From Oopsacas minuta (taxonomy: Eukaryota > Animalia > Porifera), in contig JAKMXF010000003.1 of NCBI GenBank assembly GCA_024704765.1, forward strand, positions 62,001 through 126,000: a stretch of 64,000 bases of DNA, written 5' to 3'. The number at the start of each line of letters is the position of its first letter. The first letter of the stretch is position 1. Below the pieces are notes generated by a model. The model made no database searches and was not told where the DNA came from. It saw nothing but the letters and a program-made list of their open reading frames with translations. Shown here piece after piece: positions 46,501 to 56,594 of this stretch. The position numbers were made by a program, and so were the translations under genes.

Positions 46501-49145
46501 AGTCAATTTGAATTTAGCAGCAAGAATGTGACCCCACGCCAACATATCTCCATGACACGGACACAACAGGGGTCACAAATGACCACATTTTCCGCCAAAG
46601 ACTCTCGAGTCACAAATTCAAATCTCAGGTTATCACTCTCGGTTTTCGTTTGACGTGCTCTAAGCACTATAATCTTTGTTTTTCAGTGTTCGCTAAGCGA
46701 ATTCTTCTCCTGAAGGAAAAATATATTTGTTGGTTTTTTAACTTTTTGTGTATTCTTTTCTACAAATTTGATTTTTTGTATGTTTTTTTGTATGTTTTTG
46801 TGTGAAGGTTTGACCATTAAATGTTTGTATTGTACTGTAATAGCTTCATTATTTGGGCATAAAGGAAAACATGCAAATACATATACAGCAAGTATTAGCA
46901 AGGGAAATTCGTGCACAGGGTAGTAGGAAGCCTATGGAAGTGGGGTGGCTATGCTGACTCGTGGCTCATAGAACTAATATTATTTCATACAAAAGTGGGC
47001 CCAAACCCCTGTAGTGGAAAAGTCGACTTGCTAATAGGCGAACTCCATTGTAAATACAAATAATATATATATATATTGTATCGCCACTGACCTACTTCTT
47101 CATCTACACAGTTATTCAATAGAAGGTCTACTAGCTTCTGAGCAGTAGGACCGGTATGTCCAGCTGCTAAATGCACCGCATTCCTTCCCAAATCATCACA
47201 AGCCTTCATAACATTACTAAAATAGTTAGTATCAGTAACAAATATATACTTACCAGCACTTCAGAATAATTCCCGGTATTTAGATCCTAGTGATTAATTA
47301 GGTAATATGGAATGTAGCTTACGTGTTATAGCTAATTAATTCAGCAGCTACGTGTACAGGATCATACTCAACAGTATCATCAAATGAAACTAGAGAAACA
47401 GCAAATATCAAAAACACAAAAAATATTCTAAATATGTCAGTTACTTTTATCAAATATTTGTATGTCTCTCGTTACTAAGAGGAGAGGCGTGAAATAATCC
47501 AAATTCCTTGTGTTGACATCTACTTGTCCTCTTTTCTATAAATAGAACGTAAACAATAATAAACAAACAAACAAATAATCTTCTATTTTATCCACAAAAC
47601 TAGAATAGCTCAAGGGACCGTGATAATTACTCCGATATAGCCGATGGGATATATATTACTTTGACGGTTTGTGACCATATTTGTACCATTTCACACCTCG
47701 ATATAAGCGGATATTTCTATATATCCTTGTTTGGTATAACGAGAGTTGACATTAATATTTGCTTACAAGAATATCTTCTACAGTGAACTTGTTTCCTAAC
47801 CAAGACGAGGTTATGAGAGCTGTTGTTTTAGAAGGTGTCCTGGTAGCACTCTCTGTAATAAACAACAATAAACATACAAACAAATATTCACAATATCGCA
47901 ATTTCCATGACAGTTTAATGCCCAACCGATGGAGATAATACGTCACATATTTTGACACCTTTAAATATCCATATCCTTACTTATTATTAATTCTCTACAA
48001 TTATCTTTTGTAACGTGTAGTGACGTAATGTTATTAGCATTAGTTACTGTAGGATCAGCTCCCATTTGTATTAACAACTTGACGAGCTAAAAACAAAGAA
48101 TTGTAAATCATAAATACAGTAGAGTCCGCTTAAATTTACATATGATTAATCCAAAAGTGTGAAATCGGATTCAGTATGTCGATATATTTAGTGAAGTTTT
48201 ATTGAATCCTATTTACTTCCTTGATAAACACGATAAATACATAGTTATGCGGAAATTTCAAAATTGCATACCATAAATCCCTTCCTTGACAACGGACAAA
48301 CAAACAAACAAACAAACAAACAGATAAACAACCATTGAGATTCAATAAATGCAGTAGACTCCGGTTAATCGTGTCAACACCAATATATGTAACAAACCTC
48401 TGGGTATCCTCTTGAAGCTGCTATGATTAGAGGAGTGTCTCTTGTCTCATCAGCTTTCTTTAAATTCACCCAAGACTAAATTAAAATACATAAATACTCA
48501 TAGTGTTTGTGTTATATCTAGCACCCTGAGGTGATTCTAAGCCCAATAAATATGCACTCAGGGGATCACCTTGTCTACTATCGATCCAATTTACATATGA
48601 ACTTGTCATGTATGATTACCTTGATGTCTAGAGGCTGAATCGAACTGAGAATACACTTCACTCCCTCAACATCTCCACGCTATAAAAACAGAATCTTATG
48701 TGTATTAGCATGAATAGACGAATATTGAGTAGTAGTAAAGATCAAGGATATGTACAGTCATTTCCCGTAATATTGAAGCTCAAGGAACCCTGATAATTAC
48801 TCCGATATAACCGATGTAGCATATGTTACTTTGGCGGTTTGTGACCATATTTGTATAATTTAAGACTTGGATATCAGCAGGTATTTCGATATATCTTTGT
48901 TTGATATACCGGAAGTTGACTTTGTATAGTTTTAGCGAAATATTGACAATTGAATATTTCATGTTCGAAATAGCACAGTCAGTTTAGAAATTATATTTCA
49001 AAGCTAGTTCACACGATTACACAGATTAAAGTTAGTTTGTGGAGATGAGTTGACCGGAATTAATATATAATTGTGTGGTGTAATAGTGCAGTAGTAAAGT
49101 CTTACCTCAATAGCCATGAAGAAATCATCCTCTCGTCCTTCCCCA
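33786..49145 (-). CDS. Multi-exon ankyrin-repeat + Ser/Pro-rich linker + MAP3K19 (YSK4)-like kinase; 5' end not resolved
   Basis: Phase-consistent GT-AG kinase exons: 37984-37778 ([14 protein letters not shown]), 37355-37266 (IAVKQ), 35338-35187 ([10 protein letters not shown]), 35028-34936 (VIHR), 34826-34730 (DVKGDN...IDFG), 34656-34562 ([12 protein letters not shown]), 34372-34325 ([16 protein letters not shown]), 34220-34098, 33852-33786 (stop). Ankyrin exons include 47216-47092, 43841-43702 ([27 protein letters not shown]) and 42055-41980 (LLGSGAD). One or two linker junctions (about 38000-38110) and the first exon are unresolved. Confidence 0.8.
34514..34554. repeat. (CAA)n microsatellite in a kinase intron
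   Basis: Directly visible. Confidence 0.95.
35078..35147. mobile_element. Short palindromic pogo-type MITE in a kinase intron
   Basis: CAGTAGAC...GTCTACTG ends with an internal TTAAT.GGGTCA / TGACCTGATTAA inverted repeat. Related sequences at about 6275-6375, 48353 and 57175-57245. Confidence 0.6.
35776..36942 (+). CDS. Coiled-coil + NHL array copy G (388 aa), nested antisense in a kinase intron
   Basis: Intact ORF lying within intron 35339-37265 of the minus-strand kinase gene; carries the A/C/E-type promoter. Confidence 0.92.
   Translation: MATQYSDEIPTNPFELTEQMIHSTFEKIIRIATERRDQLLVHLFDMKQDYLRKENTRKKQLADLEKMIQQFNETSIQENEIVKFQEEQMLQTRAKIQKYEKETPVPFPSFNSEGVDSLLEQLEKLGSIQEIAGLYRNKTEPMRRIGKPGREKGELNYPYGLALDGDKIYIADTGNNRIQIFSTEGKFIQEFGKEQLNTPHGIALYKEWMFISDGELNAVLKFSKTNYKLIKSVKEGVSFPHGLTTDTNGEVLVADSNNNRIAVFSSDLEYIREIGKDKLRFPRDVKINNNNIFVLDNNEINNIHIFSKSGDLLKSFLELEDGRGLIYMCLDLCNNIIISDCSGNSINIFTKDGQLIHKIICNIPTGIIINNNFDIICANCSDNVINIY
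37443..37582. mobile_element. MITE with TIR GCCGGTTATAAGAAC
   Basis: GCCGGTTATAAGAAC (37453-37467) and GTTCTTATAACCGGC (37560-37574); a relative lies at 62256-62380. Confidence 0.65.
42445..43659 (+). CDS. Testis-specific serine kinase (TSSK)-like, intronless, nested in a kinase-gene intron
   Basis: [72 protein letters not shown]; basic C-terminal tail. Confidence 0.88.
   Translation: MSQINSPQTTTATPKDVIVMKEVKPITFFGYILEKTIGAGAYAKVKEGRSIKEDMSVAVKIINREKAGEDVIEKFTKREIEIMRSLDHPNVVTTYEVVMNEKFIFIVMDLAECGDLLDFVIARQYLNEEMAQHFFNDLISGMQYIHTNGFAHRDLKCENLLIHKNFNLKISDFGFSTQISHKRCDTYCGSLAYAAPEVIDGKPYIATFSDIWSMGVVLYAMVIGKLPFTENELTAKQGPERILNLNFPHMISDECVSILHSILDSCPAQRIQLNKMQEHKWMIRKKSSNAIKEELRYESEESNSNTSESYQTAINSQPSSKCRIKTNGEVPDIKSVPKQQDKGRNSRTNTPEPRSGKNQEIKRRQSKQRDSPIKKKGEIENGKIKLTDKMLENLNKLKQRNRSV
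44402..44806 (+). CDS. Small C3HC4 RING protein with a C-terminal hydrophobic segment
   Basis: CSIC...[11 protein letters not shown]...CPIC; tail [21 protein letters not shown] followed by basic KR. Confidence 0.75.
   Translation: MTNENVCSICLCEINIVNKGVIDCVHKFCFDCIKKWRGNKQIQNCPICKYPFSSILQLDVNNNRVKVDHPRIYQNDDTLLRASYRRRQNEVLYRDSSIADEHSLSKVLVLLIECCTLGCFILFITVVKRIVFRN
45410..45652 (+). CDS. Stand-alone 3CxxC-type zinc finger (ZCCHC24/ZAR1 C-terminal-like), 80 aa
   Basis: [14 protein letters not shown]...KQDCTRC...V.PY...PL......PH..ELCGMCK.LG..C. Confidence 0.78.
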   Translation: MADYGTQKMFGHFKCKCRKTWKSGHAFNGIKQDCTRCGFGVIPYQLDPLQHNVTGENKGPHKTELCGMCKRLGTDCSHSY

Positions 49146-50396
49146 CTAAACAATAAAGAGAATTACGTAGTAGGAGGTCAGAGCAAACAATGATTGTTAA
49201 GAATTGAGCGAGATAATCGCAAAGTTGGTAAAGAGAAGTATTGTTTGAGTTGTCCAGTGTCAGAACATATGGCACTAGCTTTGTACACAAATGTCATATT
49301 TCAGACAGATTCACATAAATACGATCCTCGTTAGCAAAAACAATTTAGAGAATGGGATTATAATTCGGATACCTATGAGTGAGCCCTGTGGAGCAAAATG
49401 AAACTTCAGAGAAATCGCCTGGGTTAATGGCAAAGAGAGTGACGAAATAGCGGGACGTAAGTTGTACAACTGTGAGGTATTTGGATTTTGATAGCTCGGA
49501 GCTTATTAATATCATTCAGCCAACAAAAGAGAGGGACAATTTCACTTTTCGACTTGCCATAACGCTCGACAAATGCTTCGAAACAGGACATTTTGGGAAA
49601 TATGTGTAAATTACAAATAAAAGTATGAACAACAATCTCACCCTCCAGTCTGTAAAAGAGAAGCAGCTAGGTCATGATATTGCTCTACACAAACTTTAAA
49701 CTTATTCATCAGAAACTATCCTGTCTTCTTCAAAAACTTTCAAACTAATCTAGCTATAGTCCAGCTAGAAATTTGGTTTGCATTCGCCTTAGCTGGCTAT
49801 ATACTCGATAAAGAGCGTGTCAATTCGTCACATATAATACATCAAACAGATGTAACTAGGGATCAATCACCATAGAAACGGAGTGTTGTTTATTGACACC
49901 TAACTTCATGCACATATAGTTATATTTAGAACTCTCACATTATCGCCTTGTTGTTTTGTGGTGATTTGAATTATGACATATTGGTTAGTTTGCAATTTTG
50001 TTAAAGAATGCTGTTTTGCTATCTTTTATAAGCAAAACAAATTTTCGTGTAGAAAATTGTGAAGAAATATTACAGTCATTATCAAAAAACAAATATTAGA
50101 GTAACCTCTGGAAGTTACTTGTCCACTATGAAGTTTTGCGACCCGTTTATGCATCGACGGGCTGGAGGACAGTGACTTTATGATACCCCATGCATCCCCT
50201 CCCAATGTGTTTTAACTCCCTCAACAACAATGTGTAGAGGAAACTAACTCTCCCAAATTCCCAAAAAACTATTAAAATTGGCAATCAGAATTTTAATAAC
50301 AGTTCAAACATTAATTACAGTAAATAAGTAATCACACCAATAAGAATAATAGAAACAGGTAAGTATTTGGTAGAAATATAGTGAAAATATTTCCTC

Positions 50397-51005
50397 TTAA
50401 GTTACTACGGGAAGTCCTCCTTTCGTCGTGAAAGTCATACTGCTAGTGGATATTTTTCCTGTACGGATGTCATATACGTCACATTCCATATATGGAGGTA
50501 CATACAAATGCAGTGTTACAGCTCCTTCGGTATGGCTTGGGTTTTCCATTGCATGTAAACCAATTGAATCATGTATATATGAAACTTCGTCCTTTTTCAA
50601 TTGCTGCTCCCCCTTCACGACAAGTTTTTTGCTCCCACTTCCCGGTTCAGTGGATGGTAATGCAAATATAGTTTCTTGCATTACCCCTGATAATAGTTTT
50701 ACAAAACAGTTTGAATCAGGGTGGCTATGAACTGGACTGACTTGAGATTCCCCCCAGCATAGGATCATCATGTTATATTTGCCATTACCTTCGTCAACAA
50801 GATTACGTGTATACCTATGGTGATCCCATGTAGTGTATTTTTCCCATTCAATTCGGTTTGATTTGTACCCAGCTAAAATTGATTTTATTCGATCGACGTT
50901 TATTCTATCGGTCGTCTCGAATTCCTTACGAACTTCGCATATTAATTTAGAAAATTCGGTTGCGTCACTGGTATCATGACACGTGTATGGGCATTTTGTA
51001 CACAT
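50397..51005 (-). CDS. CDO1: Cysteine dioxygenase, paralog 1 (intronless)
   Basis: YTRNLVDEGNGKYNMMILCW, iron-binding HSH, cross-link Cys (NCF), GLH and LHLY. Likely start MCTKC at 51005; the ORF opens at 51026. Confidence 0.92.
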   Translation of the reverse strand: MCTKCPYTCHDTSDATEFSKLICEVRKEFETTDRINVDRIKSILAGYKSNRIEWEKYTTWDHHRYTRNLVDEGNGKYNMMILCWGESQVSPVHSHPDSNCFVKLLSGVMQETIFALPSTEPGSGSKKLVVKGEQQLKKDEVSYIHDSIGLHAMENPSHTEGAVTLHLYVPPYMECDVYDIRTGKISTSSMTFTTKGGLPVVT

Positions 51006-51670
51006 CTTGAAAATATTTATGTGCATAATTGTGTCCTATTTATACTTTTTAGAGCAATGCAGATGGCAGAACCAATTCTGATTGGCTTAGATGTTATATT
51101 AGATCATAGTTAGTAGTGGGTGGCACTTCAATGTGGAATTGGAATTATTTGCTTTACGTATAGAGTTACCATTGAACTTTACGTAATTAACGGTAATTCA
51201 AACAATAGTCCAACTTGGAAAGGAGCTTCTTGGAATATTTATGTATTCTCTTACAACTAGGCAGATTATATGTGTTGGTGACGCAGCAAATAAGGAGATT
51301 ATTCACTGTTATACGAATATTTTAATCTGCTATAGAAAATTACAATTATACTGTGAAACAGATCAATTGTATAGGTTGTACATTATGAATTACAACCAAA
51401 AGCATATCTCTTAACAATTTATATATATTTTCGAGGGCAAAATATCAAATTTAATCATATAGGAAATATTTGAGGAAAAGAGCTTTAGATATATTACTCA
51501 TTTGCTAGTTTATCTCTACTAAAATACAAAGACAAATATTCTCACATATCCATTGAAAGGGGAAAAGTATTAATTACAACATATAGGGATTAAGTTCACT
51601 CACAAACTATATTATTATTATTAACACCATTTTTGTAGCATACTAATTTTCATTAAATAAACGACACTCA

Positions 51671-52864
51671 ATGGCTACGAATTTCTCAGGAAATTACTAT
51701 ACATTATCGTTACTAGATAGTTATGTGGAAATGGAGCAAAATATTTGTAGAACTTTTGATAAGATTATTAGAACAGCAAGTGATAGAAGGAATGAGTTAA
51801 TAGCGCAGTTAAATGATATGAAAATCACATTCCTGAATAAAGAGGTTGTCAGGGAAAATCGTTTGCTAGAATTAGAAAATAGTCTGCAACGAATTTTGAA
51901 ATCGAATGCTCGACAGATTGAAATTATTCAACTTCAAAATCGGGAAATATCAAGAATCAGAGAACAACAGGAAATATATTCTAAACCAACACCCTTTCCA
52001 GTGCCTATACTACTCACTGAGGGGTTCCAAACGCTATTGCAAGAAATAGAAGGTTTTGGACATGTTCAAGGCACAGCTGGTCCGTATATAAATAAGAAAA
52101 CTCACTTTAATACATTTGGAAGGAAGGGTGAAGGTAAGGGAGAAATGAATGATCCAAAAGGTATAGTAATTGATTCAGCTCGTAGGCTATTTGTTGCTGA
52201 CTTTTTAAATAAAAGAGTTCAAGTTTTCTCACAAGACGGTAACTTCATAGCTGATTTCGGTAGTCAAGTCTTCTTTAGACCATATGGCATAGCTTTATTT
52301 GATGAATTCGTGTTTGTTACTGACAGACAACTAAATTTGGTATTCAAATTCCTCCAAACTAACTATAACCTGGTGGGTAAAAGTGTGAAAGGGAATCTCA
52401 ACTCTCCGTCGGGTCTGACTATCGATAGAGACAGGGAAGTTCTGGTTGCAGATCGCTCAAATAACAGAATAGCGGTCTTTTCATCTGAATTAAAGTTTGT
52501 GAGAGAATTTGGGGAAGATAAACTCGATTATCCTCAAGATGTAAAAATAAATTTAAATAAGATATACGTAGCTGATAACAATGAATTCAAAAATATACAC
52601 ATTTTCTCAAAAACTGGTGATCTCTTGAAATCGGTTATACAATTAGCAAACGTGACGAGAAATATTTTTATCTGCTTCGATTCTAATAATAACATTCTTA
52701 TAAGCGATTCCGTCGGCGATACAATTCAGATATTCACACCTGATGGAAGAATGGTTCATAGAATAAAATCTCTCCCAAATCCAGCAGGCATAGCTGTTAC
52801 ACAGAATTTTCATATAATATGTGCAAGGCATTATCTGTATACATGTGATATACGATTTTATTAA
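51671..52864 (+). CDS. Divergent coiled-coil + NHL paralog (copy H, 397 aa)
   Basis: Same architecture (EQNICRTFDKIIRTASDRRNELIAQL; GEMNDPKGI; [15 protein letters not shown]; YVADNNEFKNIHIFSK.GDLLKS) but far more diverged; unrelated flanks. Confidence 0.88.
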   Translation: MATNFSGNYYTLSLLDSYVEMEQNICRTFDKIIRTASDRRNELIAQLNDMKITFLNKEVVRENRLLELENSLQRILKSNARQIEIIQLQNREISRIREQQEIYSKPTPFPVPILLTEGFQTLLQEIEGFGHVQGTAGPYINKKTHFNTFGRKGEGKGEMNDPKGIVIDSARRLFVADFLNKRVQVFSQDGNFIADFGSQVFFRPYGIALFDEFVFVTDRQLNLVFKFLQTNYNLVGKSVKGNLNSPSGLTIDRDREVLVADRSNNRIAVFSSELKFVREFGEDKLDYPQDVKINLNKIYVADNNEFKNIHIFSKTGDLLKSVIQLANVTRNIFICFDSNNNILISDSVGDTIQIFTPDGRMVHRIKSLPNPAGIAVTQNFHIICARHYLYTCDIRFY

Positions 52865-52964
52865 TTTATAGAGATGTATTTATTATTGTTATTATCTCGA
52901 ATAACGTATGTATGCGTGTTTATTTATGTTTCTATGTCTTTGCTATACAATTAGTAGTCGAATA

Positions 52965-53774
52965 ATGCTGTCAGTATTCGCATTATTGAGATACTATGCA
53001 ACAAGGCCAGCAGCTCGCTTCCTAGCTCATGACATGGACAGTTCTTCCTTCTCCCTGCTAGTTAGGAAGCTTAGAGAAACTGTAGGTAATTTTTACATAT
53101 CGAAGTCTGAAGTTGTACAAATATGGCCACAATTCACAAACAGTTAACGAACCATAAATTTCATCGATCTGTTATATCCAACTCTGATTTGGCCCCAAAA
53201 AGCCGTGCTTCAGGACAATTCTTCCTGCCATAACTATAATTAATAACTCCTTGTAGGTAATAGAGGTGATGTAGAAGAGATTAAAAGCTTATTGTCTGAC
53301 TACAAAGCTGTCCGTAGTGAATACTCAAAATACATAACTTGGAATGATAGCAAATACACTCGTAATCTTATAGACCAAGGTAATGGGTTGTTTAACTTAA
53401 TGACTATGTGTTGGGGACCGGGACAGACGGCGCCGATACACAGTCACCCTGGAGCCAACTGCTATGTGAGAATGTTAGAAGGGAAAATGGAAGAACAACT
53501 CTACACCAAGCCAATTGGCCCAGGGGCTCGTGTTGAGCTACAGCGGTCTCGTGTGCTAAACACCGGCGATGTGATTCATCTCAGAGACGATATTTCCATC
53601 CATAGTATGACTAATGTTTCTAGTCAGGGAGCAGTAACTCTTCACCTGTATTCACCGCCATACACCGCTTCTGAGATATTCAATGAGGATACAGGTGACG
53701 TTATACGAGCACCTATCATGTATACAACTAAAGGAGCAGAATTACAACCTCAACCTGAAGGGATTACCTTATAA
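52965..53774 (+). CDS. Cysteine dioxygenase, paralog 2, two exons (52965-53085, 53257-53774), with an Arg-rich N-terminal extension
   Basis: YTRNLIDQGNGLFNLMTMCW, HSH, NCY, SIH and LHLYSPPY. The phase-1 GT-AG intron joins ...KLRETV-G-NRGDVEEIKSLL in frame. Confidence 0.85.
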
Positions 53775-54110
53775 GGAATTTGTTTACGTTCTTTTCTAAA
53801 TTATACACAATATTCATTGAATTACAGTGTCACCCTCCACAAACGGTGTGCTAGGGAAACCATTTCCCCGTTACCCTGTTCGTAGACCTTTCGCTGTTCA
53901 TAAAAATCCCTCATATCGCCTCTATACACCATAGATGCTAACGTGTCGTCTCACCAAATCATGTAATATCCATGAGTTTGCCGTATATGCATCAAAATGT
54001 ATAGATAAGAAATGTTGTGTATAAATGTACTATAGTCAGTGCTACAGCTACATATATTATAGAATTATGTGCTTATAAACTGTTTCTATTTCAATTTTAG
54101 AGACCATCTA

Positions 54111-56594
54111 ATGGGTAACAGTATTGGAGCACCGATAGTTGAGGGTGACGAGTATTCACAGGTGATAAAATATGACGTCATGATGAAACGGGCACAGGGA
54201 CGTACGAATAAACACATATTAAACTATCGGGACAGGTTATTCACGTTAACCTCCAAAGCTCTGTTATATTACGATGGGACAACTCTGGAAAAGAGAGGGG
54301 AATTGAAAGGAATTGTTATTCTGCGGAATATAGCAAAGATCGAACCGGTGAAAGAGGTTGTGTTAAAAAAGCAGAATTGTTTTGTTATCGAACATGTTGG
54401 TCTTTCGCTATTTATAGTAGCAAATAATGTTAAGCAAAGGGATTCATGGATCGAAGCGATCTCATCCAGACTGGAAGACTTGTACCCTCTGCCTGCCGGG
54501 GAGATTGCAATATGTCCAATATCTCCACGAAAGGAAAATGAAAATAAAGAGTCCAAAAGTTCCCATATCTGGCGAAGAAAATATGAATCATTCGACCAAT
54601 TGCACCCTGAAAGCAAGAATCGGACTATTTTCGAGAGGTTTAACTTGTCATGTAGTTTATCAGAATACACGGATAACATCAAATACGTCCATGTCGGTAC
54701 GGACCTTGTTCGGTTAGAACTCAAAGCTGTCACGAGAATATTCGCATACCTAACTGTCCGTGATATCGCTAACCTACGTTGTGTTTGTAAAAGATGGAAA
54801 GATTTGACAGAAATCGGTGATCTTTGGTCTGAAGTCTCCGCGGTGAAGACGAGTTTCACAAATGTGAAAAATATGTGTGAAATATTTGGCAGTCATATCA
54901 ACAAACTGGAACTGAAATCAATTAGCGGCGACATAACTTCCTCGGTTTTTAACGCTTCTCTCCTGACACATTTAAGACTTGAATATACTCAAGTAAATCT
55001 GTCTGTCCTCCCTAAGTTTATGCTCAACTTAACTTTCCTAAAAATATGTTCGTGTGTTCTCCCACACTTAGGAAGTTTGAAAATAGAATTCAAATTCGAG
55101 AAGTTGAAAAGTCTAATTTTCAATTTTAGAGACAACTATGAACAGACACAAATAATCAACGTTTTAGGGTTTTGTCCTGCGATTGAGAAACTAGATATAT
55201 CCGGTTACGCGGTTCTAAATTCTACGGTTTTCAAGGAGAATCCGTTTATAGAAGAACTCAAGATGGAATATGTTAAATTTGACGCTAGTCTACTCACTCA
55301 ATACTGTCCTAACCTTAAGAAACTCTCTCTTGTTTGGTCAGATTTTGTTGGTCCGAAGAAAGGAACATTTCAACGGCTAAGCACTCTCTATATCACGTAA
55401 GGATAATATAGAAGATATGTACTATGGATTGAATATACATATGTAACACGAGTTTAGGTTAAGTTCAAAGGGTGTTTGTAAGATATTCGCCAAATATATT
55501 TTGGGATCTGACACACTGTGCTTGTAACCACATTTTCTGACATATATTGAGAGTCATGTGTACCAGAAATGGTGACGTAATTTGGAATTATTCCTCTCTC
55601 TATAGATATCAGAATACTTGCGTGTACGAAACTCTCTTACGAATGTTCCGCTCAGCCCCGCAACTAAAGGTTCTCTCACTCACAGGACTCCTCGACATGA
55701 CAGTTAGTATGTTCAACAAACTAGTCCCATACTTCCAAAGCGTTACCACACTAATAATAAAACGGTGTACTTTACTCAACAATGATTGTATGGTGCAGAT
55801 TGGTAACTACTGTCATGAATTGGAAGAATTGGACATCTCTGACTTGGGGGATATTTCTGGTGACGGGATTATTGCTCTGCTCGTATCGACAGGGAATCTT
55901 AAGTGTCTGGATTTGTCCTGTACGAAGGCTGATGATAAAGTGTTTCAGCTGTTAGTTAAGAGAATTGTCAAATTAGAAAAACTAGGTATGTAACATTGTA
56001 ATACGAACACACCCACGGACGGTTAAATTAGCTCGTATTAACAGGAGTAATACCAAATGAGTATCCATTGTAAAGACATTATTTTGTGTAAATATTTGCT
56101 TCGTTTTATCCGCAAACACTACCAAAGAGTTCCACACAAGTCTTATCATTGGGCATAGGTGTAACTGATATCTCCATTCTGATGTTTAAAATGTCAATAA
56201 AATGTGAATTCTTAACTTTTTGATACACTTAATAATTCAGAAAAATTCGGTAACACCTTCTCCAAATGTATTCAATTAGCAAATTTCTAATTTTCACACA
56301 TATACCAATCATCTTTAATACCTCAGCATAATTGACCTTATTTATATAATATTTGTTATTTTAGGCATATCAGCATGTCCGTTTATCCAAGACGAGAGTA
56401 TGCGTATTCTATCAAAGATTACAACTCTAAAACATTTAGACATCAGTGAGTGTAAATACGTAAGTCCAGAGGGCCTCTACTCATTCACACATCATCCGAC
56501 TATTAAATTAATAAATGCACTCAAATGTCAAAGTATAGAAAAACAGGAAATAATATTAAACCAGTTTAACCCTCATTGCCACATAATGTATTGA
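54111..56594 (+). CDS. PH domain (Tec/Btk-like) + F-box + LRR protein, three exons (54111-55396, 55552-55985, 56365-56594)
   Basis: PH: MMKRAQGR...LNYRDRLFTLT...L.YY...KG.V...I..IE.V...RDSWIEAI. F-box: IFAYLTVRDIANLRCVCKRWK.L....LW. AMN1-type LRRs (LEELDISD, LKHLDISEC). Splice phases are consistent. Confidence 0.8.
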
